Assembly (NCBI RefSeq): GCF_009914755.1
Contig: NC_060940.1
DNA length: 64,000 nt
From: the human T2T-CHM13v2.0 reference genome, Homo sapiens
Strand: one strand, 5' to 3'
Positions 40,800 through 53,779 of the stretch are shown one piece after another; position 1 is the first letter of the stretch, and every line of letters starts with the position of its first letter. The notes under the pieces are model-generated. The model was not told the DNA's origin, ran no database searches, and worked only from the letters and a program-made list of their open reading frames with translations. The translations under genes were made by a program, and so were the position numbers.

Positions 40800-41455
40800 A
40801 TACTTTGACTTAGTTTCCCCTAAAAGCAGAACCTGAAATACAGGCTTGAATATGCACTTTTTTATTTGGGGCATGACATACAGGGAGTGGGATTAAAGGA
40901 CAGGGGGAGTAACACAAGAGAAGAGAGAAAGGCTACATACATTTGTGTTAAGGTATTGGTCATTGCTGTGGGTGACTGAAGGCTCTGTCAGCTGGCATCT
41001 TCTATAAGTTGCTTTTTGAAATATATCTTAGAATAAAATGCTCCAGAGACAAAGGGGTGGATTTATTCATTGTCTCCACTTGGTCATAGATAGCCCTGTG
41101 GGCATTAGCCTCCTACACTGTGGAGTACATATATGTGAGCAAAGAGCAGGTTCTGCAGGCGTCCCTTGCCATGGGATCAGAAAAGACCCAGATTAGGAAG
41201 GGAGAGGTATGCAGCACAGGCCAAGATGAGCCACTGTCTGATTGCATCTGTGCAATGCAGTTAGAGAACATGGCCACAATAATCTTGAAATGGTACACAG
41301 GATCCTTGCCATAGGATCAGAAAAGACCCAGATTAGGAAGGGAGAGGTATGTAGCACAGGCCAAGATGAGCCACTGTCTGATTGCATCTGTGCAATGCTG
41401 TTAGAGAACATGGCCACAATAAGCTCGAAATGGTACACAGGGAGGGTCCAAATCA
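40800..41455 (-). mobile_element. LTR33-like ERVL LTR
   Basis: TTTCCCCTAAAAGCAGAACCTGAAATACAGG..TTTATTTGGGG..CATTGCTGTGGGTGACTG. Confidence 0.55.
41164..41441. repeat. 140-bp tandem duplication (2 copies)
   Basis: 41164-41301 vs 41304-41441, 5 mismatches in 138 bp. Confidence 0.95.
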
Positions 41456-41962
41456 ATTGGTTTATATGTTCTATGTATAGAATACACATATTAACCTTGA
41501 CCCTTGAATAGTCATTGAGTCCTCGCTCTCTCTTCTTACTGCTTCTATAGCTAGACCTCATCAATTCCTGCCTAGAATGTTTTAATCTTTTCTCTTACCC
41601 AGTCCCCATCTATTCACCATGTTTTTTCCAGAATAATTAAAACCTACTAATGTCATTATTATTATTGCTAATGTCATTTTTCTTATAATTTAAATAAATC
41701 CTTATTTTCTTTAGAAAACAAAGTTTACATATTTGCAAGGCACACAATGAACTTCTAATGCTGTCTTTGCCTGCCTCTTGTTGCATCTTTTCCCAGAATA
41801 TCCTAATCTCTTTTCAAAACATGGTGCAAATGTCATTTCCTCTCCAAAACCAGACCCCCATTCTTCCATTATTTTTTGCATACCAGTAACATAGGCTACA
41901 TTATGATAAAATCTGTCTTCATATGAGACTGTACACTCCTTTTGACTAAGGCCCAGATATTA

Positions 41963-42270
<308 letters not shown>

Positions 42271-43039
42271 CAGACATTATTTTTATATGTACCTCCAGCT
42301 TCTGGCACTATATGTGTTTTAGAGCAGGTGTCAATAATAAGTACTTGAATAAATGCATTAAAAGAAATTAAAATAATAAGTATTCTTTTATTCCATGTAT
42401 TTTGGATGTGACTTCTAATTTTCCATACTGTAGTAATTTCTGTATAACCAGCTTTTATGGGTTCAGATGTTATGACTACCTTCCTTTGCTTTAGATGTTA
42501 CCAAAAACTTCCTGGCAGTAAATGTAGTAGTTTATGTCTTCACAGCAAACTCTAACTACTCTAGTTTTGGGGGTACATCATTCTGCTGAGTAAGTTGAAT
42601 TGCATTTTATACACTCAAGTTCGAAAAGTGCTGTTGGAGCAAATCTTAATTTGTATGTGAATCTGAATTCTTACCAAATGAAGTAAATGAGAAATATTGG
42701 TATATATTGTGATGTATTTTGTAAAAGCTAAACTCGATTGTATCACTCTAGGTCTGTATAAGAAATATTTTCAGAAATACCATTATGCTAATAAATAATC
42801 TCTGCTATATATGTAATATATAAATCTATATATAAGTGTGAACACTTGAAATATGAGAATAACTATAATAGATTCTAATTACTCTGAGTAATCAATTGTC
42901 TAACAGAATATAGTTTGAATTCACCTTCATATATAGGTTTTTAATTAAAACCTTTTTCCCCTGAGTGGAAAAACAATGTCTGCTTCCATATTTACTGAGT
43001 TCTACATCACTAGAGTTGTTCCAAGAATGTGCATTAGTG

Positions 43040-43225
43040 AATGTGCTAACATTCCTAGTCTGACAGCCAACCTTTATGGTTTTGTGCAAGTCACTTTGCT
43101 TCTTGACATCTCAGTTACTTTCTCCAAAACATGGCAGGAGTAACTTTACTAAATGAGACAAGGATGAGAAGTAATGTATATAAAAGTTCCTGAGGCATCA
43201 AAGTACTCAAATATAATATAAATAA
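43040..43225 (+). mobile_element. MIR SINE
   Basis: TTTGTGCAAGTCACTTTGCTTCTTGACATCTCAGTTACTTTCTCCAAAACATGG. Confidence 0.65.
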
Positions 43226-45474
43226 CAATATGCTTTTAATCATTTTTATTGTTTTTACTCCTAATTATTTTTGCTCTCAGTAGTGGTACAATAATAATAG
43301 AGGCTAAGTATTTTTTGGAAATATTTACAAGAGAATTCAAACGTCAGGTGCTTGATGGGACCAGATCAGTATCCCCAGTCCCATTAATGCTTCTGATAGG
43401 TAAACCATCTAACTTCCCTTCTGCAGAGTTGCAAATTATTGAAGGACAGAGAAAGGGAAGAAGAGACTATACAATAAAAATATAAGGGAAGGTGCAAAAT
43501 GTTGAAGGAACAAATGAGAACCATATCAATATTCATAAAACCCTCAGGTGAGCTTTTGTTCTATCTATTCCCAAGGTTCCATGAATCTGTGATAAGAAGT
43601 TATTGAGAAAATTCCAGGAAATTTATTTTTACTTTTCTTTTTACCTCAAAAGTTATTATTTATTTCTACTTGGGTAAGTTCTAGAGTTATCCAACATCAT
43701 GAGATCTGTCCAACCAATCAAATAGAAGACGTTAGATTTCAGATAGACAGATGGCTTAGGATACAACTACTTTTAAGAGATTATTTATGTTAATTTATGC
43801 ATTAGTCTTTTCCAAGGGTACACTCAAAATATCGGAGTATTACACGCAAGCTAAAATGAGATTTAAGAAAGTAAAGGCAGGGGCAGATAAGGTAAAATAA
43901 AGGAAAATCATGAATATGCATGTTTGAAATAAATTCATCTTAAGCCTCTAAGCCTGGGTTGGAGAGGAAGCATTGCTTTTGTGACTTCCTTAAGAGCTGA
44001 GCAGATAAGATGAGACTACATTGCCTAACAAGAGGGACAGTGTTTTGGTCATTAAAAGAGCTAATTAGGTTGTTTCATAACCTAACTATATTCTTAAAGA
44101 ACAAGCATGAACACAATCCGGTTTAGACAATATCAAAGTGCAGTTACATATCCTATTTGTAGTATGCCTAGAATAGATTCCACGATGAATCCTTGAAAAT
44201 CACTGATGTTTGAGCTGTAATAGAATGGCAACTCTTCTCACAAGTTCTCTCAGAGTTCATAGTCATGTTAGGGATGCCTCACAGAGTAATTGAAGTAAAT
44301 ATCAGAAGTTTACCCAGAACACCGACTCTAGTTAATTTTCTTTCCCAAAAAGCGTACATACAGATGGCTTGTTTTCTTTGAGAAATCGAGCTTGAGGCAG
44401 AGTGAGATAAACTAATAAGCAGCTAAATCTCTTATTTCATTGATCCATTTCTTTCAATAATTACATCTTATCTTCAAAAGTACACAAAACAACATATGGA
44501 GTGCTCAAAATCAATAATGCTAAGGATATGAAAATAAACAGTTTGAGCTGACTTTTGTGTTTTGATGAGAGGCAAAAACTTTATTAAAGGGTAGCACTGG
44601 TGGGAATGGGATATTAGATATTAACAATACCACCATTCTTAGTCAAGTGTCTCAATATATTAGATAAAAAAGATTACATCTTATTTATAAGCATTCTCTC
44701 TCTATATATAAATACACGCACATATACTTGTACATATATGTGTGTATATATACATATACAAATGTGTATTTTTGCATATATTTACACAAAAATGCATCCA
44801 AATGTGTGTATTTAAAAATAAACTTTAGTTTTTCTCCTCATATGAGCTACATCATTTTCCTGTTACATAGAATTAATAACCTGAACTAGAGTCCTATCTC
44901 TGGGACTTTTCTAACCTTTCTTACACTTCACTACTCTGAAAGTAAGGAATTTACATCACCCTGAATTTGGATTCTGAAATTAATAGTTAAGAATTAATCA
45001 TAAAGAGAATAAAATATCTTGAACGTGTTTCCAAAGCTGCATAGACATACTGAAGCTACTTAAATACAATATTAGTGAGAGGAAAAAGGAACCAAATGTA
45101 TCTGTTTAACAATGAATGGTTGACACATCTTTTGGCTTTATGTTAAACCTAATGCATTGTGTCCTGATATCAAGATAAGAAGTTGGTAGATTCTTTCAAG
45201 AAAAAAGGGAGGGAAAAATAGATTTACTGCAACCAAATGTGTCTTATGAGATCGCAAATTAAAGAGACAGGCAAAAAAGGGTTGAGTAGTTAAGGACGTG
45301 AGATGCTCCTGGTGATGAGATTGGAGGCATTATAATGAGCACACATGGTATTTTGGGAAAGTGATGCAGGTAAATAAACACAGTTATCCTAGGCTCCTAA
45401 TATGATGGGGAAATTCACAATGTCTGTATAAAGGTTGAGTACCCAAGACCATTACAACCTTTATACACAACTGC

Positions 45475-47015
45475 TGCATTCAAATATGCACCCAATACAT
45501 CTTCTTTGTTTCTCTATTTTTGTCTCCATCCTAGAGGCTAGTGATAAAGAAGTGAACAAATCAAATTTATTTTTATCCTCACTAAGCATACATTTTTAGT
45601 AGTAAAAGAGAAAAAACTGAAATAAAGTGTCAAACTATGTTATTGTAAATCTAGCTAAATATTAAAAAGTGGAAAACACAGGAATGATGTAAATGATGAC
45701 AATAAGATCTAGGTGGGATGGTTGGCAATGGTGTCTCTCAAAGGGAAGCAGGTATGATTCTCAATGAACTGTGGGGAAGAGCTGGCCATTGAAACAGCAG
45801 AAGGACAAGCATTCTAAGTAAAAAGATGGGAAGTGCACAGGTCCTGAAGCAGTAAAGAGTTTAGCCTGCATAGTGCATGTTGCAAGTGCCCTGCCCAGGT
45901 CTCCTTCATATGCTGGAACATTCATTTTCTAGCTCCTGTGATATTTGCTGACAATACACAGTTGCTTCCTTCTCTGCATAATTGTCCTTGGCCAAAGAGG
46001 AGACCCAAATGAGTACTTAGCTGACTCCACTGGAGCATCACTTGGTACATGAACAAGTCCAGCAAGCATATCTGATCAGAACATGGTAACCAGCACCTCA
46101 GACTCCTCAGGGATGAGGGTCTAGATCTGCAGAAGTTCCAGCCTAGGAGGATTGAGGTATAGAACATGTGGCAGAGGAAGATGATAGGTTTCAGTAAGAG
46201 CTGTGGGAGAATTGCAGCATGGGATTGCAATTTGTAAATTATCCCAGGTTGTGACTGACTAGAGTGCTGGAGAAGCTGTGATTGTGGGGAATGAACTTAA
46301 CATGAAAAGAAGTGGATACGAGCAGTACAAAAATTCTCCTGTGGAACGCACGCTTATATTTCCCCAATCCCCTTTCCTTGACTGGTGCAGCCTCACCCAC
46401 TAAAGATGCTGTAAGTGTTGACTGCTAGCAGCTCATAACTGTTTATTTAAGGAATAGTACAAAAAATGGAATCAACAAATGGAATCAACCTGACCTGGTA
46501 AGTATCAGTCTTCCCTCACCTAAGAGCAAAGACATAGTCTATGACTAACTGAATTCAAGAGGCTGGCCCCATTATCTCAAGGTAGAAATAACTCTGTGGT
46601 GTAATTTGTGCCCAGAATTTTTGTGGAATTATTAAGAAGGTAGTCTTCATCTGAGACCAAATTACTGCTTAATTCTTTCAATCTGATCTATCTACTTTTC
46701 TCATATTTTTCCCCTTTAAGCACGCCTTAACATGTATGTCATATCTTTTCCCCTGTAAGCACACCCTAACACATTTCTTTATCATGAAAACTCATTGTAA
46801 CTTCTGTTTCAGGAAAGCGACTGAAGACAGAGTGTTCCAAGAACCAAGAGAATGAATGTGGCTGATGTGTGGAGAGAAGAGATGGACCAAGATGAGACTG
46901 GAAAGGTAAACTAAGGAAATGAGATAATCCCTTTAAATTTCATTTTGTAAGCAAACAGAAATATTGAAAGGATTTTTGATGACAGAGGAGAAGGCAGAGT
47001 GCATTTTGTAATATT
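45475..47015 (-). mobile_element. L2 LINE split by an LTR16/ERVL insertion
   Basis: L2 reads ..AAGTGCACAGGTCCTGAAGCAGTAAAGAGTTTAGC (to ~45868) and resumes GTGTTCCAAGAACCAAGAG.. at ~46830. Confidence 0.65.
45869..46829 (+). mobile_element. LTR16A-like partial LTR + ERVL internal 3' end + LTR16A-like LTR
   Basis: GTGCCCTGCCCAGGTCTCC start; internal ~46010-46339 (AAGAAGTGGATACGAGCAGTACAAAA); LTR 46340-46829 with GCTGTAAGTGTTGACTGCTAGCAGCTCATAACTG, ending TGAAGACA. Confidence 0.65.
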
Positions 47016-47864
47016 AAACACACACACACACATACACACACACACACCACACACACACACATTACTTGTTTCTTTCTGCAGAGAATTGATCTGAGTTTGA
47101 CGAGTAAGCAAAGTCCAGACAAAAATGTGGTTAAAAGAACCAGAAAACAAATAAAAGTCTGAGGTTCCATCTTTGATTGATGCCTGTGTTTGAGTTTCAC
47201 CTTACTACCTCTTTGGAAGGGGCATAGTAGAATCATAACTGCTAAAGTTTTGTAATGATGATCACACCAAGTCTCTTCCTGCAAAATGTTAGAAAACACT
47301 TGGGATAAGACAGAGTGATTTCAATAAAAAATGATATTGCTTCCACTAACATTAAATGTTAAGGTGAAAAGGGTCCATAGTGATGGATCATTATTTCAAA
47401 AAGGAAAAAAATAATATGAAAAGGAATAGTGGTTCCTCTTGATGTATAGTATGCCTGTATTATGGTTTTATAAAATTGTGAACTTGTGTAATAATATAAT
47501 AGGAGATACTGTTGAATTTCTAACTGTTTATACATTTAAATTCATATATGTTATGTTCATTTTATCAATCACAATCTGAATTTCTAAGAAGCACGTTGAC
47601 TTTTGCAATAAAGATGCAATATGGAATGGCTCACAATTGGAAAAAAAAAGAAAAGAAAAAAGATAACAGTGTTACAAATGTAAAAGAATTTGGAAAGTTT
47701 ATGAACCATTCCAAAAGTTATAACAATCACCAAAAAAAAAAAAGTGACCAATATCATCATTTTTTCCCTTTTCCATGCAGAAGAGCCAAACCTATATCAA
47801 ACCATCTTTATGAAGATTATCTTAAGCTGGTGCAGCAAATTGTATTACATATTCTCCACGTTGA

Positions 47865-48003
47865 TTAATTCATTCACTTACGCATTCACTAGTTTAATAT
47901 TTCTTGAACATTTACATGCCCAACAACCTACTCTAAGTTCTGAGATACGTTACAGAAGACAACAATAACAAAAATTTTCTCCTCATGGAGTTTATAGTCT
48001 AGC
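47865..48003 (-). mobile_element. L2 3' end
   Basis: TTCATTCAC..ATATTTCTTGAACATTTAC..CCTCATGGAGTTTATAGTCTAG. Confidence 0.65.
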
Positions 48004-48649
48004 ATACACCCTTCTATTAGATCACTATTCATTTGATTTAGTAATCATATGGATTTTGCATAGAATAAAGCATTTGTTTTCTTCTGCGATGACTTGGGTA
48101 TTCAATAAAGATAAAGGTTGTTTGAGACACCTCTGCTTTTTCAGTGTCAAGCACAATGAACACAGATATATAAATGCATAATAGATATGTGTTAATGATG
48201 GTTCAGGGGGACCACTGAAGGTTAATAATATGTTATTATCTGGTTTATTTGCAATTATAATATAGTTTCTTTCTCTTTTGCTCAAAATGATTTAGTATTG
48301 TAGAACTTTCACACTACAAACTTCTCAAAGGCAATAAACCATCATGGAAGAAATATAGACACAGAAAGAGACGGATTTTCTGGAGCAGATTTATGAATGC
48401 ATTGGAGATAATCCTATTGCTTTGTAGTTTAAGCAGCAATAAATGGGTGTTAGGATTGATTAAATGCTTGCAGTTTACTTCAATGTTTAATTTGCTTTGA
48501 ACTGTTTATGGAAAGAATAGGTAAAAGGAACAGAAATATCTCTATCCCAAAGAATTTATTTTTCCACAAGGTATATTGGAGGTGACATATTGTACCTGCA
48601 AATGTTTTGAATTAGATGAGTTATGTTTGCAAATTAAAAAGCAGGAAGT

Positions 48650-48965
48650 GGACTGCAATCATAGGGAATTCAAGTTTCAGAATTAGATTGCCTGGTTTTA
48701 ATTTGGTCAGACTGTCTTTTGAATACATGGTCTTAGATGATTTACTTAAATTCTCTGCTATTCTATTATATAATCTGTAAAATTATTGAAAAATTCATAA
48801 AACAAAGTTAAGTGTATATATATGTCTGTGTGTATAAGTGTGTGTATGTGTGTGTTTGTGTGTGTATATATATATAAAAATGAGTTAAGACATACACAAC
48901 TTATTCTTAGCATAGAGTCTGACATATAGCAAGTAATCAATGCATATCAATGGGCATAATTACTA
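48650..48965 (+). mobile_element. MIR SINE containing a (TG/TA)n tract
   Basis: AGATTGCCTGGTTTTAAT..CTTAGCATAGAGTCTGACATATAGCAAGTAATCAAT. Confidence 0.6.
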
Positions 48966-50480
48966 TTAAATATAGAATTAACTGAGTTATTACACTGTAG
49001 TAGGTTTTGTCCTCTGTCCTTTACTGGATCAACAAATTATATCTTCCACAATTCCATGCAGGCATTACCTTCTTTCTCCCATTATATGTGAGGCCTAGAG
49101 ACATAAGTCACAGGCACAGACAGTTCGTGTGTTGCAGAATGGACTTGAGCCCATGCAATTTGTTTCCAAAGTCCGTGCACATAGATACTATGAAGCAGCT
49201 GCATCAGAACAGGTATTGGAGGAATGCATGAGTGAGTGAAGGCAAGAATGAATGCATGATGGATGAACTCATAAGACAGCAAATATTTGGAGCATTTTCT
49301 TAGTGACAAACAGAAGTAATCTCTAAATAAATTAATCACTTGATTTTTTGTTTGTGAACTCATTCCTGTCTCTTTAAAAGCATTTAAATGCACTACTGAG
49401 GTAATGCCTTTAAAAATAAAATTTTCTTCTGACCAACGTGCATAATAAAAGGAACATTCTAATGTACACGATAATACATATTTGAAACTTTGAAAACATT
49501 TGCAACATTTAATAAATCTGCTACTAGAAAATTCCTAAAGGTGATAAGAAATATACATAAACAAATTCAGAATCACCAATAATTTTCCTCTCAAAAGAAA
49601 AATGATTAAATACCTATTTTCTATAATCAAATTTAATTATTAAATTACCTTACTGTGCATTTGGCATATTGGTAAAATAAACATAAAACTAATTATTTTA
49701 ATAAGTAACTAATTAATTATCCTGTTATGATATAGATGATATTTTTCCTGTTCTTTCTCTGTTTTGTTTTCTTTTTCATGCCCAATCTAGATTATCAATG
49801 TATTTAAAAATCAATTGCCAGGGCTTCCCATAATGATCCTTGCTTTGTGTATCCTTGCATCATTACTAATTTAGTTACTGTTCTTTTATAACATATTTTA
49901 GTTCATGAGAAGAATAAAATGAGAACATAATCATTTAGTAACTAAATTGTGGTATAAAGTGATCAGTAGAATTTAATAACAAAAATAAAATGAATAATTT
50001 CTAGAAATAAGATCTTCAAATCATTATTTTGAATGTCTATTTTTTTTTAAATCTAGACTAGTGTGTTAGACACAATCTGGTTTGAATAAAAATATAGAGG
50101 TACTTCATCTTAGGACTTCTGAGGACATGTATGATGCTACCAAATCTTGTTCTTTATTGGGCAATAGATTATGATATATTTGTTCATAAAATTATTCATA
50201 TATTCCCCTAGTACATCTCTGGGGATTAGGTTTCTATAGATAAACATTGGAAATCCCAGCTATTGCAGTGAATAACCATGTATCGTCTCATACACAGAGC
50301 AACAACTTTAGAACCATTATTGTCTGTTCCTAAAATATAAGGATTATGCAAATAGTAGCTAGGTTTTCATTCTAAAATATCTCTAAATGGCTTCTAAACT
50401 CTAGTTCATTTTCTTTGGAAACCCACAAAAGACGTATTTAAAGAAACCATCTGCTTTGTTTGCCCTTTTTGAATACTAGC

Positions 50481-50866
50481 TATTTTAGTCTGTGCCGCTA
50501 AAACAAAATATCACAAACAAGGTAATTGACAAAAAACAGAATTGATTTTCTCACAGTTCTGGAGTCTGGGAAGTCCAAGAACAAGGTACCAGAAGGTTTG
50601 TCTGTCTGGTGAGGACTGCTGACTGCTTCCAGGACTGGTTCCTTGTTGTTGCATTTTCTGGAGGGGAGGAACACTGTGTCCTCACATGGCAGAAGGTAGA
50701 AGGGCAAGTGAGCTGAACATCACATGAAGCCTCTTTTAAAAGGACCTTAAATCCATTCATGAAGAGGCAGCCCTTATGGCTTAATCATCCCTTCAAGGCT
50801 CCTTGTCTTAATACTTTCTTATTGACAACACCTGAATTTTACGGGGGCCACAATGAAACCATAGCA
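50481..50866 (-). mobile_element. MSTC/MSTD-type MaLR solo LTR
   Basis: TATTTTAGTCTG..TCACAGTTCTGGAGTCTGGGAAGTCCAAGA..CTCACATGGCAGAAGG..AAACCATAGCA. Confidence 0.85.
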
Positions 50867-51307
50867 CCAGTCATGCTTAGAAATGATATACTCTATTAGG
50901 GTGATTTTGTCCTCTATAATTATACATGGGAAAGGGGAGTCCCTTTCTTGCACAAAGCGCACATGTGCACAGAGAATTACTTTCTACTGACTATGTCATC
51001 TGGTTTAGTATTAAACATGTTAATGTAATAGGGACCTCTGTTTTATGAATCATTGAATCTTACTCAGCTATAGTATTGCATATTAGTCTCAAATAAGTAG
51101 AACAGAAATGAGTATTTCTTCTATGGCTATAGAAACAAAGGTAATCTGAAACTAGTATTTGTCATTTCACCTTTATTTTGTAAGCATTACCATCTCTTTA
51201 TTATTATTTTCATTGTGCCCAGCCACCGGGAACATCAGCTCCTCCTGGAGTGCCTACAAAGGCTGAGCCGTGGAGGGCAGCACACAGCTGTAGTGATGAG
51301 ACATGGT

Positions 51308-51396
51308 ATCTTAGTCTGTTTTGTGTTGCCCTAAAGGAATACCTAAGGCTGGATAATTTATGAAGAAAAGATTTATTTGGCTCATGGTTCTGCAGA
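51308..51396 (-). mobile_element. MST-type LTR 3' fragment
   Basis: TATCTTAGTCTGTTTTGTGTTGCCCTAAAGGAATACCTAAGGCTGG..TTGGCTCATGGTTCTGCAG. Confidence 0.8.
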
Positions 51397-53412
51397 TTAT
51401 CGTTTCACTTGCACTAAATATTCCCAGAAAGGCAAAGAATTGGCATGATTTCTCAGAATGAACTGTAGACAGGTAAAAAGCCCACAAAATTCGATTTTGT
51501 TTTATTTTGTGATCTCAATTAAGAACTCCTGAGATCCACTCTTTTAGCAAATTTCAAATATACAATAGAGTATTATTAACTATACTCAGCATGCTGTACA
51601 TTAGATCTCCAGAACTTGTTCATATTGTACTGAAAGTTTGTACACTTTGACCATTTCCCCATTATTCCCTACCCTTCAGCCTCTGGTAACCATCATTCAA
51701 CTCTCTTGGTTTCTATGAGTTCAGACTTTCTAGATATCATGAGGTATTTGTCTTTCTTTGTCTGGCTTGTTTCACTTAGCACAGTCTTCCAGGTTCATCC
51801 ATGTTTTCATAAATGGCAGAATATCCTTCTATTTAAAAGGTGAATAATATTCCATTATACGTATATATCACATTTCTTTTTCATTCATCTATTATTAGAC
51901 ATTTTGGTCATTTCTATATCTTGCCTATGGTGAATAATGCTTCAATGAATACAGGAGTGCAGAACTCTCTTTAAAATAATAATATAATTTACTTTGGACA
52001 TATTTCCAGAAGTGGAATTGCTGGAACATAGAGTAGTCTATTTTTAAATTTTTGAGAAACTTCTGTATTGTTTTCTATGAGGACTGTACCAATTTACATT
52101 CCTGTCAACAGTAAAAAGGTTATTTTTCTCCACATCCTTATGATAGCTTTAGATTTTTATAATAGCTTTCCTAATATGTATTAAGTCATATCTCACAGTG
52201 GTTTTCATTTGCAATTCCCTGATGATTAGAGATATTGAGCTACCCTTTTACACAGATGTTGGCCACTTTTATGTCTTCTTTGAAAAAATGTTATTCAGGT
52301 CCTTTGCTTTTTATTATTTACTGTTATTTGTTATTTACTATTTGTTATTTATTTATTTTTTGATATTATTTATTTATTTACTATTGACTTATATGAATTC
52401 CATATATATTTTGGATACTAACCCCTTATCCGATATATGGTATGCAAATATCTTCTCCTATTCCATATATTTCTTTTCAGTTTGTTGATTGAGTCCTTTG
52501 TCATGCAGAATCTTTTTAATTTGATGAAGTCCTACTTACTTAGCTTGCTTTTGTTGCTTGTGCTTTTGGTGTCATATTAAAAAACTACATATTTGCCAAG
52601 ACTAATGTGAAGAAATTTTGCTCTATGTTTTCTTCTAGCAGTTTTATGGTTTCAAGTGTTATTTTTGTCTTCAATCCATTTTGAGTTTTTTAAAAATATG
52701 TGGTATAATCTGTCTCCAATTGCATTCTTCTGCATAAGGATATCAAAGTTTTCAAACACTATGTATTGAAGAGGTTATTCTTTCCCCATTTTGTATTTTC
52801 AGTGACTTTATTGAATATTCATTGACCATACATGTTTAAGTTTGTTTCTGGTTTCTCTATTGTGTTCCCTCGGTCTACATATTTGTGCCAGTACCATACT
52901 GTTTTAGTTACTGTAAGTCGTAATATAATTTGAAATAAGGAAGTGTGATGCCTCCAACTTTGTTCTTTTTCCTGAAAATTACTCTGGGTATTTGGAGCGT
53001 TTTATGGTTCCATATGAATTTTAGATTATTTTTTTCAATTTTTGTGAAAAATATAATTTGGATTCTGATAGAAATTGCATTGGCTCTGTAGATAGTTTTG
53101 AGTAGTATGAATATTTTTAAAATATTCTTCCAATCTAGAAATATTGCATATCTTCCTATTTACATGTTTCTTTTTCAGCTTTTTTCATAGCGTTTAATGG
53201 ATTTTAGTGTACAGATCTTTAACACCCTTGGTTCAATTTATTCTAATTATTTTACTATTTTTGATGCTATTGTAAATGGCATTGTTTTCTTAATTTCTTT
53301 TTCAGAGAGTTTGTTGTTAGTGCATAAAAATTCAACTGGTTTTGTATGTTGATTTTTATCTTGCAATTTTATTGAATTTGTTCTAACAATTTTTGGTGGG
53401 CTTTTTAGGGTT

Positions 53413-53666
<254 letters not shown>

Positions 53667-53779
53667 AATTTATGTTTTTGTTTGTTTGTTTGTTTTTTCA
53701 ATTTAGACATTTTAACTTATTTTTCTTGTCTGGTTGCTTTGCCCAGGACTTCCAGTACTATGTTGACTAAAACTATGAG

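Noticed and set aside
46464-46489. AAATGGAATCAAC x2, satellite II/III-like
   Set aside because: Only a 13-bp local duplication inside LTR16
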